Source: Perkinsus chesapeaki ATCC PRA-425
Lineage: Eukaryota; Protista; Perkinsozoa
Length of the DNA: 64,000 nucleotides
Assembly: GCA_013115145.1 (NCBI GenBank)
Contig: JAAPAO010000012.1
Coordinates: 1 to 64,000, forward strand
Direction: 5' to 3'
A model generated the notes under the pieces. That model did not search any database and was not told the DNA's origin. It saw nothing but the letters and a program-made list of their open reading frames with translations. How positions within the stretch are numbered: position 1 is the stretch's first letter; each line of letters starts with the position of its first letter. Of the stretch, positions 10,897 through 22,653 are shown one piece after another. Position numbers and translations under genes: made by a program.

Positions 10897-13550
10897 TCAA
10901 TCGGTTTTTGGTGGCTCCAACGGAGGGGCCGCCGTCGGGCCATGGGCGTAGCATTTCCGGGAGTACCTAAGAACTGCTGTCATCTTCACCGTAGCTTTGC
11001 TTACTCTTTGTGCCAAGGTTTGAGCATCGCCGGGTGACTGCATAACAGCTCTGAGTGTATTCGGACGTCCACAACACCCTGCTCGCCGACGGCAGCATCT
11101 GTAATGACATTCCCACCGACAACTACACACGGTCTGCCAGGCGACCTGACGGGAATCTTTCAGCTCGGAGGGCATCAACTGACATCTACTTATACACATA
11201 TCCACTATGGATGAGACGGCCCTTCCATCCGGTAACACCATCATCTCGAATGGTGTCCACTTTCAACATACCACCGCCCATAACCTCCCTCACTATCGCC
11301 GGTCGGGCTGCCTCTGCCGGTCGATTCAGCGTCACCTACAGGATGCCCTGCTACATCTTCATTAAGCCTGCTAGCTTACCCCATCGCCAGGACTGCAGGT
11401 CGAAGTGGCCTTCACGTCTGAGTTCCTCAGAGCCTCATCACACACGAAGGCAATACGACTATGGACCTTCTCATCGGCAGGGCCCGGCTTGGTCAGAGTG
11501 ATCTGCCTAAGATCGCTGGTGGTGGTTTCATCGGCGGTGGGACTGTTGTAGTCCATAAGGAAGTCAGCCTCGTGCCTGAGACCCAGTACACCTCCGCGAG
11601 ATGCTTCCAGCGTGAGGCTCCTACCCCACTAGCGCTGTCGGTATGAGCGGCAAGTCCGCATCGGGCACACCGTCCATCCACCGGACCATGGCACCCTCCT
11701 TAGAGTTGATCACAATGCTCCCCGACGCTCCTGCCGCCTCCGCGTTCATGGTCTTGTTCTGGAAGAAGCATCCTCCTCGACGCGCCACTGCCATCCACGG
11801 AATGCCCTACGACCAACACTGCGCCGCCCTACAAGCCGGAGCTGCCCTACCCTTCGCTGGGCAAGCTTGGCAGCTGCAGGGGCCTCGAAAGCATCGCAAC
11901 CGTTGCGGGAGTCAGCAGGCACCGCTATGGGCACCGCAGTGAGGTTAAAAAACCGAGGGGGGTTGAAAATGCCCCCCGCTGCCTTGATGGGGTGTCTTCG
12001 GCCCGGAATCTCCAAGAACAGGTCCAGCTGGATCGTGGACAGCGACTCCCCTGTGCCCTCGACGACGACCTCTCGCTTGTCGTGATCGTACTGTATGCTC
12101 TCTACGGACTGCATCAGGTCGATGGACCATGCCTTATCCGGGGTTAAACCTTGCACCAGCCTCAGGTTGAACGGATGGCAGTACTCCCACACTCTCTCTC
12201 CAGAGGCGTAATGGAGGCACGTTCCAGCCAAAGGAGCCAGCAGTGTCGTCAATGCCTGGTCCGGTGGGCCTAGATAGGTCGAAGGGCAGCAGGCCACCGA
12301 CTCAGTCGTCACCACAGTCGCTCCTGGCCGCAGACCAACGTCGGCGAATTTGAAGTACTTTCGAGACATGCCGTCCCCGGAACATTCGAATCCCAGATCG
12401 GCGAGCTCACTGTATGTAAGGGCGCGCTTCCTGCTCGTGCCATCTTCATCCTCCTCCAAAATCTCATACCGATTTCTCCCCGGACTTGTGCGCAAAATTG
12501 TCGCCACAGTACCATCGTCAAGCTTTTCCTTCCGACCAGGAACGCATAGAGAGCCGAAATCGAAGTCCTCCTTGCCGATAGCTTTGAGATCTCGATCGCA
12601 CTGGCAATACTCTTTGACGTTCATCCCAGGAGTGTCGTACTCCCTATAGACACTACCGTTCTTGTATAGAACAGGCTTGCCGACTGGTTCGGCTCGAAGG
12701 AAGTCTACCGTTACGGATTTACCGGGGCAAAACTGAAAGGCAATAGGTCAGACAGTGCTAATGTGCTTGTTTTATAATAGGTCATGATGCCCACATTACT
12801 AATATATGCATAAGCCTATTATTTGCCATGATAGAGAGCAAGCCTACTCCGGTTTGAATGCTCCCAAGCAACTCTATACGGGAATTTGCCGAGGGCACAG
12901 AACCAAGTGAACTTTCCCAGGATCGCAGGAAGTTCATCCGGCCCATATTTACTACCTCCCCCCCGCCCTTCATCCCTGTACACCATCCAAGGGCCTGCTG
13001 ACTATAGGCGGCAGCTAGGCGAGCACTAGCCGCTCGCTGGAGGGCTCCACCGCTGCTGTCAAAGTCCTCGGTCCGAGAGCATACAAACGGAGCACTGTCC
13101 TCCGACCTGAATAGGGTCGTATGGGAAAGATATTTTATAGGTTAACTGAGGGCTAGGAGAGTGAGAGCAGTTTGATATCCATGAACCGTCTGATTTGAGA
13201 GGGAGGTATCCAATACATCATCGAACTGAAAGCAGCACCGAAAGCCACCACCGGGTGGCTAAGGATCGAATCTTCATATGGTAATCAAGAGAGTTGTAAC
13301 CCCTAGTGACGCCCGCTGTATTACTCTCCACCGAACCTGATCGTCACCAAATCATCCCCGCTGTCGGCTGGTAGACTGCCGCCGTATAGAACCTACGAAG
13401 TGATTTCTAGACCGCATAGAGACCGACTCTCTGAAGTACCACTCGGTTCTCCCCGATGGCTGGGTTAAGCAGACACCTGTCGGCGTCGGTATATGTTCTA
13501 GGCGCGAAGGAGCCTGCTAATGCTGCGGGTAGTATTGCTATTATGTTCAT
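10897..13550 (-). CDS. OS-9/MRH-like lectin protein containing a protease-associated (PA) domain
   Basis: MRH-like N part LLAPLAGTCLHYASGERVWEYCH. PA motifs NGCDAFEAP...AEAAGASGSIVIN...IPTALVGHEAD. MRH-like C parts SRIAFVCDE and IHSELLCSHP. The start at 13550 (MNIIAILPAALAGSFA, signal-like) is tentative; the core begins by 12624. Confidence 0.65.
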
Positions 13551-13836
13551 TAATAATAAGAGGCGCCGGCAAAGCATCGCCCATCAAAACCAACTTCAAA
13601 CTGCTGAAGCCATCACGTTCCGATAAGGCGGCCTTACAGTTCTGAAATCGGTTTCGAAATGCTCAGCTCATTCCATAGTGGTCATCCAATTAACCTTTTC
13701 CGAATCTTACCATTATATCTCGAAGACCTCCCACTTACTAAGTTCGCTTTACAGGGATTTTTCTTGCAATTTGCAAGAAGACCACCGACGCGACGGAATT
13801 AGGTCTCGTCTTATTCGTTTTGTAAAGCTTTGGTGA

Positions 13837-15654
13837 ATGTTCCATTCTCCCCCCGTATTTAACACCCGTATATCCCGCAAAGTTCGGGTTGATGCTACCG
13901 GTGGATCGAGGCCACTGGGAGGCTCCCTCTCCCCTAGTAAAGTCCTCGAAAAGGTCTACGGCCGTTTCGCAGGGCCCCATGGGATGTCGGGAACTCAATG
14001 GGCCAAAATGTGCTATCAGGCAGGTCTGGCTGATGCCCAAGGAGCCCCCTTGGCGTCAGTGGACGCGGATCTAGTCTTTGTTGATGTAAGATGGGTCGAC
14101 GGGGGTGCGTCGAACCGGCTTAGGATTTTTCCGTGTTGCCCCTCCGAAGTAGAGCCCTAAAGTCTCCCGGCCTATTAAATACGTTCCTTACGGCTGAGAA
14201 ATCGCAAGCATTCTTTTGGTAAATTAGATCGATATTTTTCCTTTCCCTGCCACCATGTGTAGGCGGTTGCGTGAACTTATTTCGACACTGTGTGGGGCTC
14301 GCCCGCGGGCAACCAAAATTACGCGACAAAATTTAAATCCAGCAAGCCGAGGAAGGAACTGTTTTTGATACTTGATGAAGTAGAGCCACGGGATCGGGCT
14401 ATATGATTTCAGGGCGCCTGAATGCAGGGGGGAGCGCTACTGGCGCACACTGTCCTGGAGTGTTCCTGCTTGGAGGCCGCTGCAATTCAGGTTCAGAGGA
14501 GAGAGCTCAGTGTTAAGGGCGGCAAACTGCCTTACGAAGTCTTCGCTCAACAGGCCATACCTTCTCTGGCTCAAAAAGCCGGCCTGACTGTACATAAAAT
14601 AATAGAGCGGCTCGATGCCCTACCGGATACTCTGGCAGCATCAACACGATCGAGCATCACAGCCAGTCGGATGGAGGAAAGGTAGGAACTTCAGATTCTT
14701 CTGTCGAGTGTCAGCCCATTGCTCAGTCTGATGGAGCGAAGGATGTCCGGACCGGAGCGGTTGTACTATCGGCACCTGGAAAGGCGGTCATCCAATGGCA
14801 CCGAAAGAAAGAGCTTCAGGCGGAGGTCGCCTGTGGCCACTTTGAGGTCCCAGCCGAGCTCTGGATCTATAGACCTATCGCAAATTTGTGATAGAACTGA
14901 TGCGGACGTTAGGGGCACGAAGAAACAGCAGAAGCAATACGCCGGGGGGATGACCACCCACGCGGCGCGAGTGTCAGATAGGCTGTCGCAGTCCACGAGG
15001 AGCCTGAGGTCGCTCGATCGGCAAATGAGCTCGACGTCGGTGGCTAGCTTCCAGAGCGAGGGGGATCTGGTCGGGCCGGAAAGATTCTTTTACGATAAGA
15101 AAACGTATACCGGCACGGCTCGGCGGAGCATCGGCAGCGTGAAGAGATATAACTCCGTGGGAGTGCTGGCGAAACGAAATTCACTGGACGGTATCGCGGA
15201 GGCTACCGACGAGGAGGAGCTGCGGGCGATGTTGACCGGTAGAGACAAGCCTCAATTGAGCCCTAATAAGGCAGGCAACGGCAGGCCACCGCAGAGAGCC
15301 ATGCTGTCTAACGCTTCGTCTGTGACTGTGCTACCACCCGCCACTAGGATGGAGCCACCGACACAGCCGGGACGAATAATCATGGCTGCGCCGTCGAGGG
15401 CTACCTTAGTCGCGCCCACTCCTTTCGTTCCCTATTCTGTCCCAACTCAGCCCTCCTATGGTTCCTTCACGCCATTCCAGCCCACCCTCCCCTTCGGTCA
15501 ACCTATGCCTGTACTCCAGCAGCAGCGTCGCCTATCTGGCAGCTACTCGGCAGCAGCTCCTCTACATTTCGCTCCGCCTTCTGGGCTCGCCTCGGGCATG
15601 CCCATGTTCGCCCTATCGTCACCGTTAGGGTTCCAGCCTCCCTCTCGAGTGTGA
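13837..15654 (+). CDS. TPPP: TPPP/p25-alpha domain protein with low-complexity Ser/Arg and Pro-rich regions
   Basis: VYGRFAGPHGMSGTQWAKMCYQAGLAD...VDADLVFVDV, then LPYEVFAQQAIPSLAQKAG, then the C-terminal signature GPERFFYDKKTYTGTA. Confidence 0.75.
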
Positions 15655-16044
15655 TGTTACTTGATCAGTGCGGTAGTACCATTAGCTGTGAAATACCATG
15701 CCCCTGTGGTGCATCTTGCTGCTGTTATAATCAACTTCATCTTGAGTTGTCAGAATAGTGCCGCCACGGGTGCTGGGGTGCCTCTTTACTCTTTTAATCG
15801 CCCAGCGATATCGACTCCGTGGCTCGGTCTTCCGAGCCAGATTACAATCTCAGAATAGCTTTGCCGGCTCTTCAGAGGTCAGGAAGCTTCCGTCGGTGGT
15901 GCCCCTTGCAAACGTGGCCGGAATTTTTTTTCGAAAATTTTACATTTTTATCGTAGTGTTCTACTGTAGGGTATATCGGACCTACTTTTTGCCCGTATTG
16001 CCGTATTGTAGCTGCTGCCCCTTGCCGACATGGACTAACAAGTG

Positions 16045-18017
16045 ATGGACTCAACCCTTCTGGCCGCCTCTTTGGTGTCTATCATCTCTACCGCTGCAGC
16101 TCAGAGCACCCTAAACGACTGTATAGCAGACGGCTGCCCTCTGGCCACAGCTGCTGCCGTTCAGTGCATCACAGCCGGCGATATCGCCTTGCCGTCCTGC
16201 CAGTCTGCGGTGTGCGGCGGTCAAGCGGTCTCCGATTTCAACCTCCTCTGCGCTACTTTCGTTCCGAGCTGCTCCGATGTCTACTCCAACACCTACGCGG
16301 CTGAGTTCAGTTCTGTAGCAGCCGCGTGCTCGACCACTACCACATCAGTGCCCGCCACCATCGGCCCTACCAGCAGCGCATCTCCCTTGGCCAGCTGTCA
16401 AAGCGCTGGGTGCCCAGCTGATGTCGTCAGTGCTGTTGTGTGTGGTGCACGGGGAGAGGTGTACTCTGACAGCTGCCGGTCTACTATCTGTGCAAATGGT
16501 GTCTGGAGTCGGTTCCTGAACGAATGTGTTTATCAGCTCACTGCCTGCAATACCGACTATACCGTCACGTATCGCCTGGAAATGGCGGACGTCGAAGCCG
16601 TCTGCGCACTTTCCGCCCGGCCGGTGACGACCTCCACAACGACGACCCAGCCGAGGGATGTGGTGCCACCGCAGCTCGTCTCAGTGTCACCCCTTCCTGG
16701 CTCGGTGGTGACGCAACGGTCAACGCTCGTCGTAGAGTTCCAGGAGGATGTCCGGAAGGGCCCGAGGAGCATTCTGCTAGTGAGGACAGCCCCGAGTGAC
16801 CAAGTCGAACTGGGCGAGGGTAGCTGGCTCCGCTTTTCTGGGCGCTATCTGTACATTACACCACCTGAATTCGGGAGGCTGGCAGAGGGAAATGACTGCT
16901 TCTCTGTGCAGATCGAGTTCGGGTCCGTGCTGGACGTGGCCGGCAATCCCTTTGGCGGCTTTGCGAGCCTCGACTTCTGGGGCCTTTGTGTTGTCGATCG
17001 TGACGGGCCTCGAGTGAAAAACGTTGAAGAGGAAGTCCTTGGTGAAGACAGCATAGGTGTTGTCATTGAGTTCGACGAGACCATTGTGGCAGCGATGACC
17101 TTGGTCGTGACACTCACTGCGCAGAGCGACGCCCGGCAGAGGTCGATACCTGCCGAAATCGGTGCTGACCAGAGCTCGCTAGTTGTCACTCTTGACGGCT
17201 TGCTTCTTGGCGAACGGTATCGCATTGATGTGCCCGACAGGCTCGTGCAAGATTCCCTGGGGAATGCCTTTTCCCGCGCGTCGTTTAATGGATACTCGCT
17301 CCAGCTGCCAGCGCCCACCACCACCCCTGTCGTCCCAACGTCTATCATCGACCCGCCAGAACCGCCTAATCCCGTCGGGATTATTCTCTGTGTTCTGGCC
17401 GGTCTGTTGGTGGCCCTAGGCGCTGGATTCTGGTGGTGGCGGTCCAAGCAGCGACAAGCCTACATAGCGCCCGCTACTACTGAGAGTGGCGAGGCTGCTG
17501 GAGCGGCTAAAGTGAACAGAAAGTGGGAGGCCAGTGCTGTGAAGGCTGGTGGAGGAGTTGGGTTCGCCAAGGGAGCTCACTTGAGGGCGGAAGACTCTAA
17601 GAGGCCCAAGTCAGCGCCGCCGCCGATTTCTGGTAGGGTTCCCTTGCGCTGGTGGGGCGGAGGTCACATGCTGCAGGTTCGGAAACGATCGACAAGAAGA
17701 AGGTGAAGGACGAGGCGACGGACATGAGCGCCATGGAGGAGCGGCGAGCCAGAGAGATAGCGTCGGAGCTGCTGAAGGAGCTGGAGAGCATCGCTGATGA
17801 GGACGGTGGTGAGAGAAAGAAGGCACACAAGAAGATGTGCTTCACATGGTAAGCTACGCGATGGTTCCTTGGTACTCGTAGTCTTCGCAGGCACCCTGAT
17901 AAAAATCCCGAGGACCTGTCGGTGGCGACGGAGGTATTCCAGTGGCTTCAACGCCAGAAGGAGTGGTTCCTTGAGGGCAGCGATCAGCCGTCTCCTCGGC
18001 CGCCTAGTGAGATCTGA
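16045..18017 (+). CDS. Type I membrane protein: signal peptide, 2x 8-Cys repeat, 2x bacterial Ig-like (Big_5-like), TM, cytosolic J-like (HPD) domain
   Basis: Long first exon. Introns 17633-17676 and 17849-17890 restore the frame to give RKKAHKKMCFTW-HPD-KNPEDLSVATEVFQWLQ. The TM is GIILCVLAGLLVALGAGFWWW followed by RSKQR. Confidence 0.8.
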
Positions 18018-18196
18018 CTGTCGCCGGGGAGGAGCCCATCAGTATCAGAGTAACATTTTGTGCACCGGTGACACTTTCATGCATGCCGCATGTAGCCTTC
18101 GGAAGGTTGTTCGACTTTACCACTAAATCTGCGTTGAATTCAAGCAAGTCTCAATCAAGAGGAGCTCTCTCAGCTGCCTCCGCGTTCCGGCTCTGC

Positions 18197-20477
18197 ATGC
18201 ACCAGCATCAGCATCAGCAGCAGCCATCTGGCAGGTCCAACTACTCTCGTGGTGCCACGCCTGGTGGTGGAGGCCGCCGTGGTGGCGGTGGAAAAGGCCA
18301 GCAGCGCCCCTACAACGGACATTACCAGCGTCCTGTGCTCCCTATCCCTCAAGTAGAGCCCTGTGGCACCTTCGCTCACTCCTTCGCTCTCCGTTCCAGG
18401 CCGGCACCTACTCGGACGGTTTCTTGAAGCCCTCCTCTGCAGCAGATGGCCTGCTGCCTTCCCCAGCTGGCCCACCGCCGCCAGCGCAGCAGCGTACACC
18501 TCACAAGAAGACTCTGCCTCCACCGACGTGTTTGTTAACGCCCGAGGAGCAGGCCATGTGGGCCAGTGCACCGTAGGCTAGGTCCGGTCAGCTCTCTCCT
18601 CACCGACAACGACTCTATTAGTTCACCACTACTCGACCAATGATACGACTTATCATCGTATAGCAATTTCGTATATTGCTTCATCGTAAACACCATCGAA
18701 GATCTCCAACTGCACTCAATGCTGTCGCACAGACCCTGCCGCTGATGAGTCCACTCGGCCGCGGAGATTCACTGACAAAATGTCACCACTCCGCATCGCC
18801 CCTCCCTTCGCTAGTGATGGCCTTCGTAGTTTATGGGCGGGAAATTGCCAAGTGATCTTGAATGTGAATAATATGGTGCTTAGAGCTGATGGTCCGGCTT
18901 TAGCTGGACCCCTAGGTGCCATTGGTTCAATGACACTTATTTATATAAAAATATGTATAATCTCACTGGCATTGAAATTATAGATGTCGTTATACTAGTT
19001 GATAGTATTAATTATTAGTAAATATATTGGTTAATGTGTATGTTACTATGTCTATATGTCATAGTATATATTATACATGTATAATGCAACGATATCGCCG
19101 TCGTTGTTAGATACGCCTGCCCGGCTTGCCGAAGCCCCTTTATGAAGTGGTCTCAGTGCGACACTCACATCCTTTCATCACCCACGTGCCAGGCTGGGCT
19201 CGCCAACGAAGATCTGAAAGGGTGATGACCAATTGCCGTTTCCTTCGAGGCGACACTGTTGTGACTAGGCAGTGCGAGGCCTTCGCAGCCGCCCATGCAG
19301 GATCCCTCCGGCCCCCACCAGCTCCACCTGTACCGAGGCCTCCTCGGAAGGGGTCGGCCTCGGGAAGGAGCGCTACAGGGAGGGGGAGAGAGGGCAGACA
19401 GAGAGTCGAAACCGAAAGGGAAATCCAGGTAGGTGATCTGGTCCGATGCATGTTGGGAAGTATATAGTACAATATACAGGTGAAATAGAAAATGCATACT
19501 CTTATTATTCAAAGAACATCTGTGCTCCGTTTCTCAACAGTGGTGGGAGTTGGGACGCGGCTTCGCCCGTCAGCTCTTTGGTCACAGGAGCGACATTGTT
19601 ATCCGACAAAGATATTTTCGTGAGAACTCGATGATGTACTGTGGCGAGCCTAAAATATGAGCCTTATTATGCCAGGGACTCCCTGGAAACGGATGGACTA
19701 TACCTACCCACATGCACCCTTCTTATTCAGGCTATTAAGGATGAGTACGAGAAAGCTATCTTTGGCGGCCGTCGTGGTTCCATGTCTACCGTCAACGGGC
19801 TCACCCCGAGCAGCGCCGCCACTGCATTCAGTGCTGATACTGTCACAGCAGCCCCCACCCGTGACCATCATGCAGCCAGCGGTGCCTCGGGACCGATGGA
19901 CTACCACGATCTGATGGGTGGCGCGGACTATGCGTCCTCCGGGTAGGCCGAGCTCTTGTGGGCCCGTGGGACTTCCGAAGAGCCTCAGGTTCGGGCGGGT
20001 GTGTCTGATCTGTCAGATGGGGGAGTCCAGCTGCGCCCTGGCTCCATGCGGTCACATGCTTGCCTGCTACAGTTGTAGATGCCGCCGTGTCCTTGCCTGG
20101 CTGATCTCCTCCTGTCAGGCACCTTGGCCTTGCAGCTGAGGGATTGTCCCTGCTGCGGAGCTCACATACACCAATTGATTCAAGTCTGCCCGGTTGACAT
20201 CAGGCAAGGCGTTTCATCGACCGCTGTGAAGAGGGTCGGCGTCAGGCACTACCACCTGAACATATTTAACGGGAACGGCCTACAAATGAACACCGCTGGA
20301 GGGGCGGTTACTATCCCTCGATCCCAAGTCGGTAGCGCTTCACCGGCCTGCCCGACCTTTGACTTTAGGATTTCACACCAACTGCCGCGGCTAGCTCAGC
20401 CGGCGGGTGGATGCCGAACACATAGATGCTCTTTTCTGATTTCGCTAACGGGGATTTCAGATGCAGTCTTTAATTAA
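18197..20477 (+). CDS. C3HC4 RING finger protein with Gly/Gln/Pro-rich N terminus
   Basis: CLICQMGESSCALAPCGHMLACYSC...LRDCPCC at about 20002-20157. Multi-exon, with one long partly AT-rich intron at about 18580-19110. Confidence 0.7.
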
Positions 20478-20942
20478 TAACCAGCTGTTGTTTCATCACC
20501 GTAGTAGCAGTCTAGTGAAGTGACATTGGTTCCTTTTGGGAGCTATCTCTGTTTCGGAAGCACCGCCAGGCTGATGCTCCTTTAGTGTCCATTACCGTTG
20601 TCGTTTCGAAGCTGTACCATTCTCCTCTTAAACGAAGCTGCTATCATCGATATTACTTTTATATATTGTTTTCTCCTATTTTGTGTTTCGCTGCTAAAAC
20701 GTTCGTGTCCCGCGGTCGGGGCCCGACAGAGGCACTCCCCAGGGTGCCCTCACAACATGATCTGTCGTGCTGCACAGCATGGTCCTGAGGCTCGTTCTGT
20801 GGCTCAATAAGGTGTTGAGTTGAGTACCCGTTTCTGCAATCACTATTCACGGCGTAGTGAGTGGTTCGTTCGGGTAGCTGTGGGTCTGCAATAACGAGTC
20901 CTCCTCGAGCACCCACTTCAAGTAGTCCGCTTGCTTCACCCG

Positions 20943-22627
20943 ATGGACTCAGCCCTCCAATACGACCTGGAGGGGGTTGTCTCGGATGTGATTTGCGAAG
21001 ACTCAGATGATGGAAGTGCCGCTGAATTCGAGGCCCAGCTGGAGAATGCAGTCGCTAGTGATCGCCGAGGTCCCAGCCGCAGCCACTGACCTGGTCAACT
21101 CAGGTCGCGAGCGTATACAGCGAAGAAATCGCGCAAGAGGGCGACCCTCGACCGCAGGCTTGAGCGGAGGGGCGAGCAGCTGGAGCGGTGGCAGCCGGTA
21201 ACTTGCCTCCCGGAGGCTGCTTTTGTTGATCGATTTTTCTCAGCCCCACCACTGCGGCCGTCTGTGCTGACAGCCCACAAAAACAACAACGGCAATCTCA
21301 TGGCACTACCACGCATGGTGGTACGAGAGCTAGCCGATCAGCCAGCGCGAAGGCGTTTGAGGATGTTCTTGGCTACTATGTAAGTCTTGTAGGGCAGGTG
21401 GGTGACTAGTAGAAGTGATAGTAACGGAGGGTATGAATGGACCGCTAGGAGGAAGATATGAAAGGGGTATCCAATGGAGGTGTTATCTTTCGATCTCTCA
21501 ACTGAAGGCGTATCTTTCTATCGCCTTCGTCTATGTTGTAATAGCTGCATCCTCCGACAGCATAAACTAATACCTCTCTGAACTGCAGTAAATTTCTCTC
21601 CAAGAGGTTTACTCGCCCACTGTGAGCAGAGGGGCACAATCCCTCCAGGCTAGGCCTTGAGTGTCATGGAAGCGCTTGAATTTATTGCTTCCTGTAGAAC
21701 TCTGCAAAGCGGCGCTCACGGGATCTAGGACGGTCGGGTCCTCCGGGTCTCATACGATCTCGTCCAGCCAGCGCGGTCTGCCTGAGAGGTGGGTGATGCA
21801 CCGTCGAGCAGCTTGCCAATTTCCATCCTATGTAGCTGGCTCGGCCAAGAGCCTTCGCCGGCCAGTGAGCGCATCTTCGAGAGTGCATGGTGGAGTCAAC
21901 TCGCGCAGTGTCTCGGCCGTAAACAGCGTGACTAGGTTGGTTGACGGGAGCGCAGAGATGGCCGGAAGTGCAACGAGAGCACCTCCTCAGCAATCGCGCA
22001 GGTTGAATGGCCCCGTGGCCTCTTGTGTACCACTCTCCTTGCCGTAGACCTAAGTCAGCTGTGGAACACATGAAAATGCACGACAGAAAACACCGGCAAA
22101 GTGAAGAGAAGCTGTCCGCGCTTGTAGGCATGTGACGTGCTGGCCTGACGGGGCTCACTGTTGGGACGGTTTAGATAGAGCAAGCTAGCCACGAAGAAGA
22201 ATTCGCTCTACTGCGGAAGATGGCTGAGCTGAATCGAGCAGTGGAGGCTGATAGGCAGGCGGGCGATGCGATCGTGTACAAAATGCTGAACGGCAATAAG
22301 AAGGTCCGGCGCGAGAGTTTCGGAAATGGAGGGTCACTTTGCAGGAGGAGAAGATTGGCTGCTTCGTCGGCGCCGAACTTGTCGGCAAAATTTCAGAGGA
22401 TGCATTCAAACGGAAGTAACCTAGCTGAGCAAACGCCACCCAAGCGACCTCGGAAATATCTTTGTGGAGCTAGTTGCCGGGTACCCAAGTACTTAGCCCA
22501 GGGACTATCCCCGGGGGTTCCAAGACCAGATGCGACGGAATCATTTGTTGTCATCGTATATAATAACTTTATTGTCGCTCTGAAACCCATCTTACTCGTT
22601 TATTTTGGAAGTCGGAACGCGCTGTAG
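20943..22627 (+). CDS. Multi-exon hypothetical protein (low complexity, basic)
   Basis: MDSALQYDLEGVVSDVICEDSDD..., RRLERRGEQLERWQP and MAELNRAVEADRQAGDAIVYKMLNG... have plausible GT-AG junctions. No family recognised. Confidence 0.4.
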
Positions 22628-22653
22628 ATACAAGCACATTATGAGGTCACGAG

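Noticed and set aside
18742-18770. CTGATGAGTCC, hammerhead-ribozyme-like core in the long RING intron
   Set aside because: There is no complementary GGAC followed by GAAA to close stem II, and no stems I or III.
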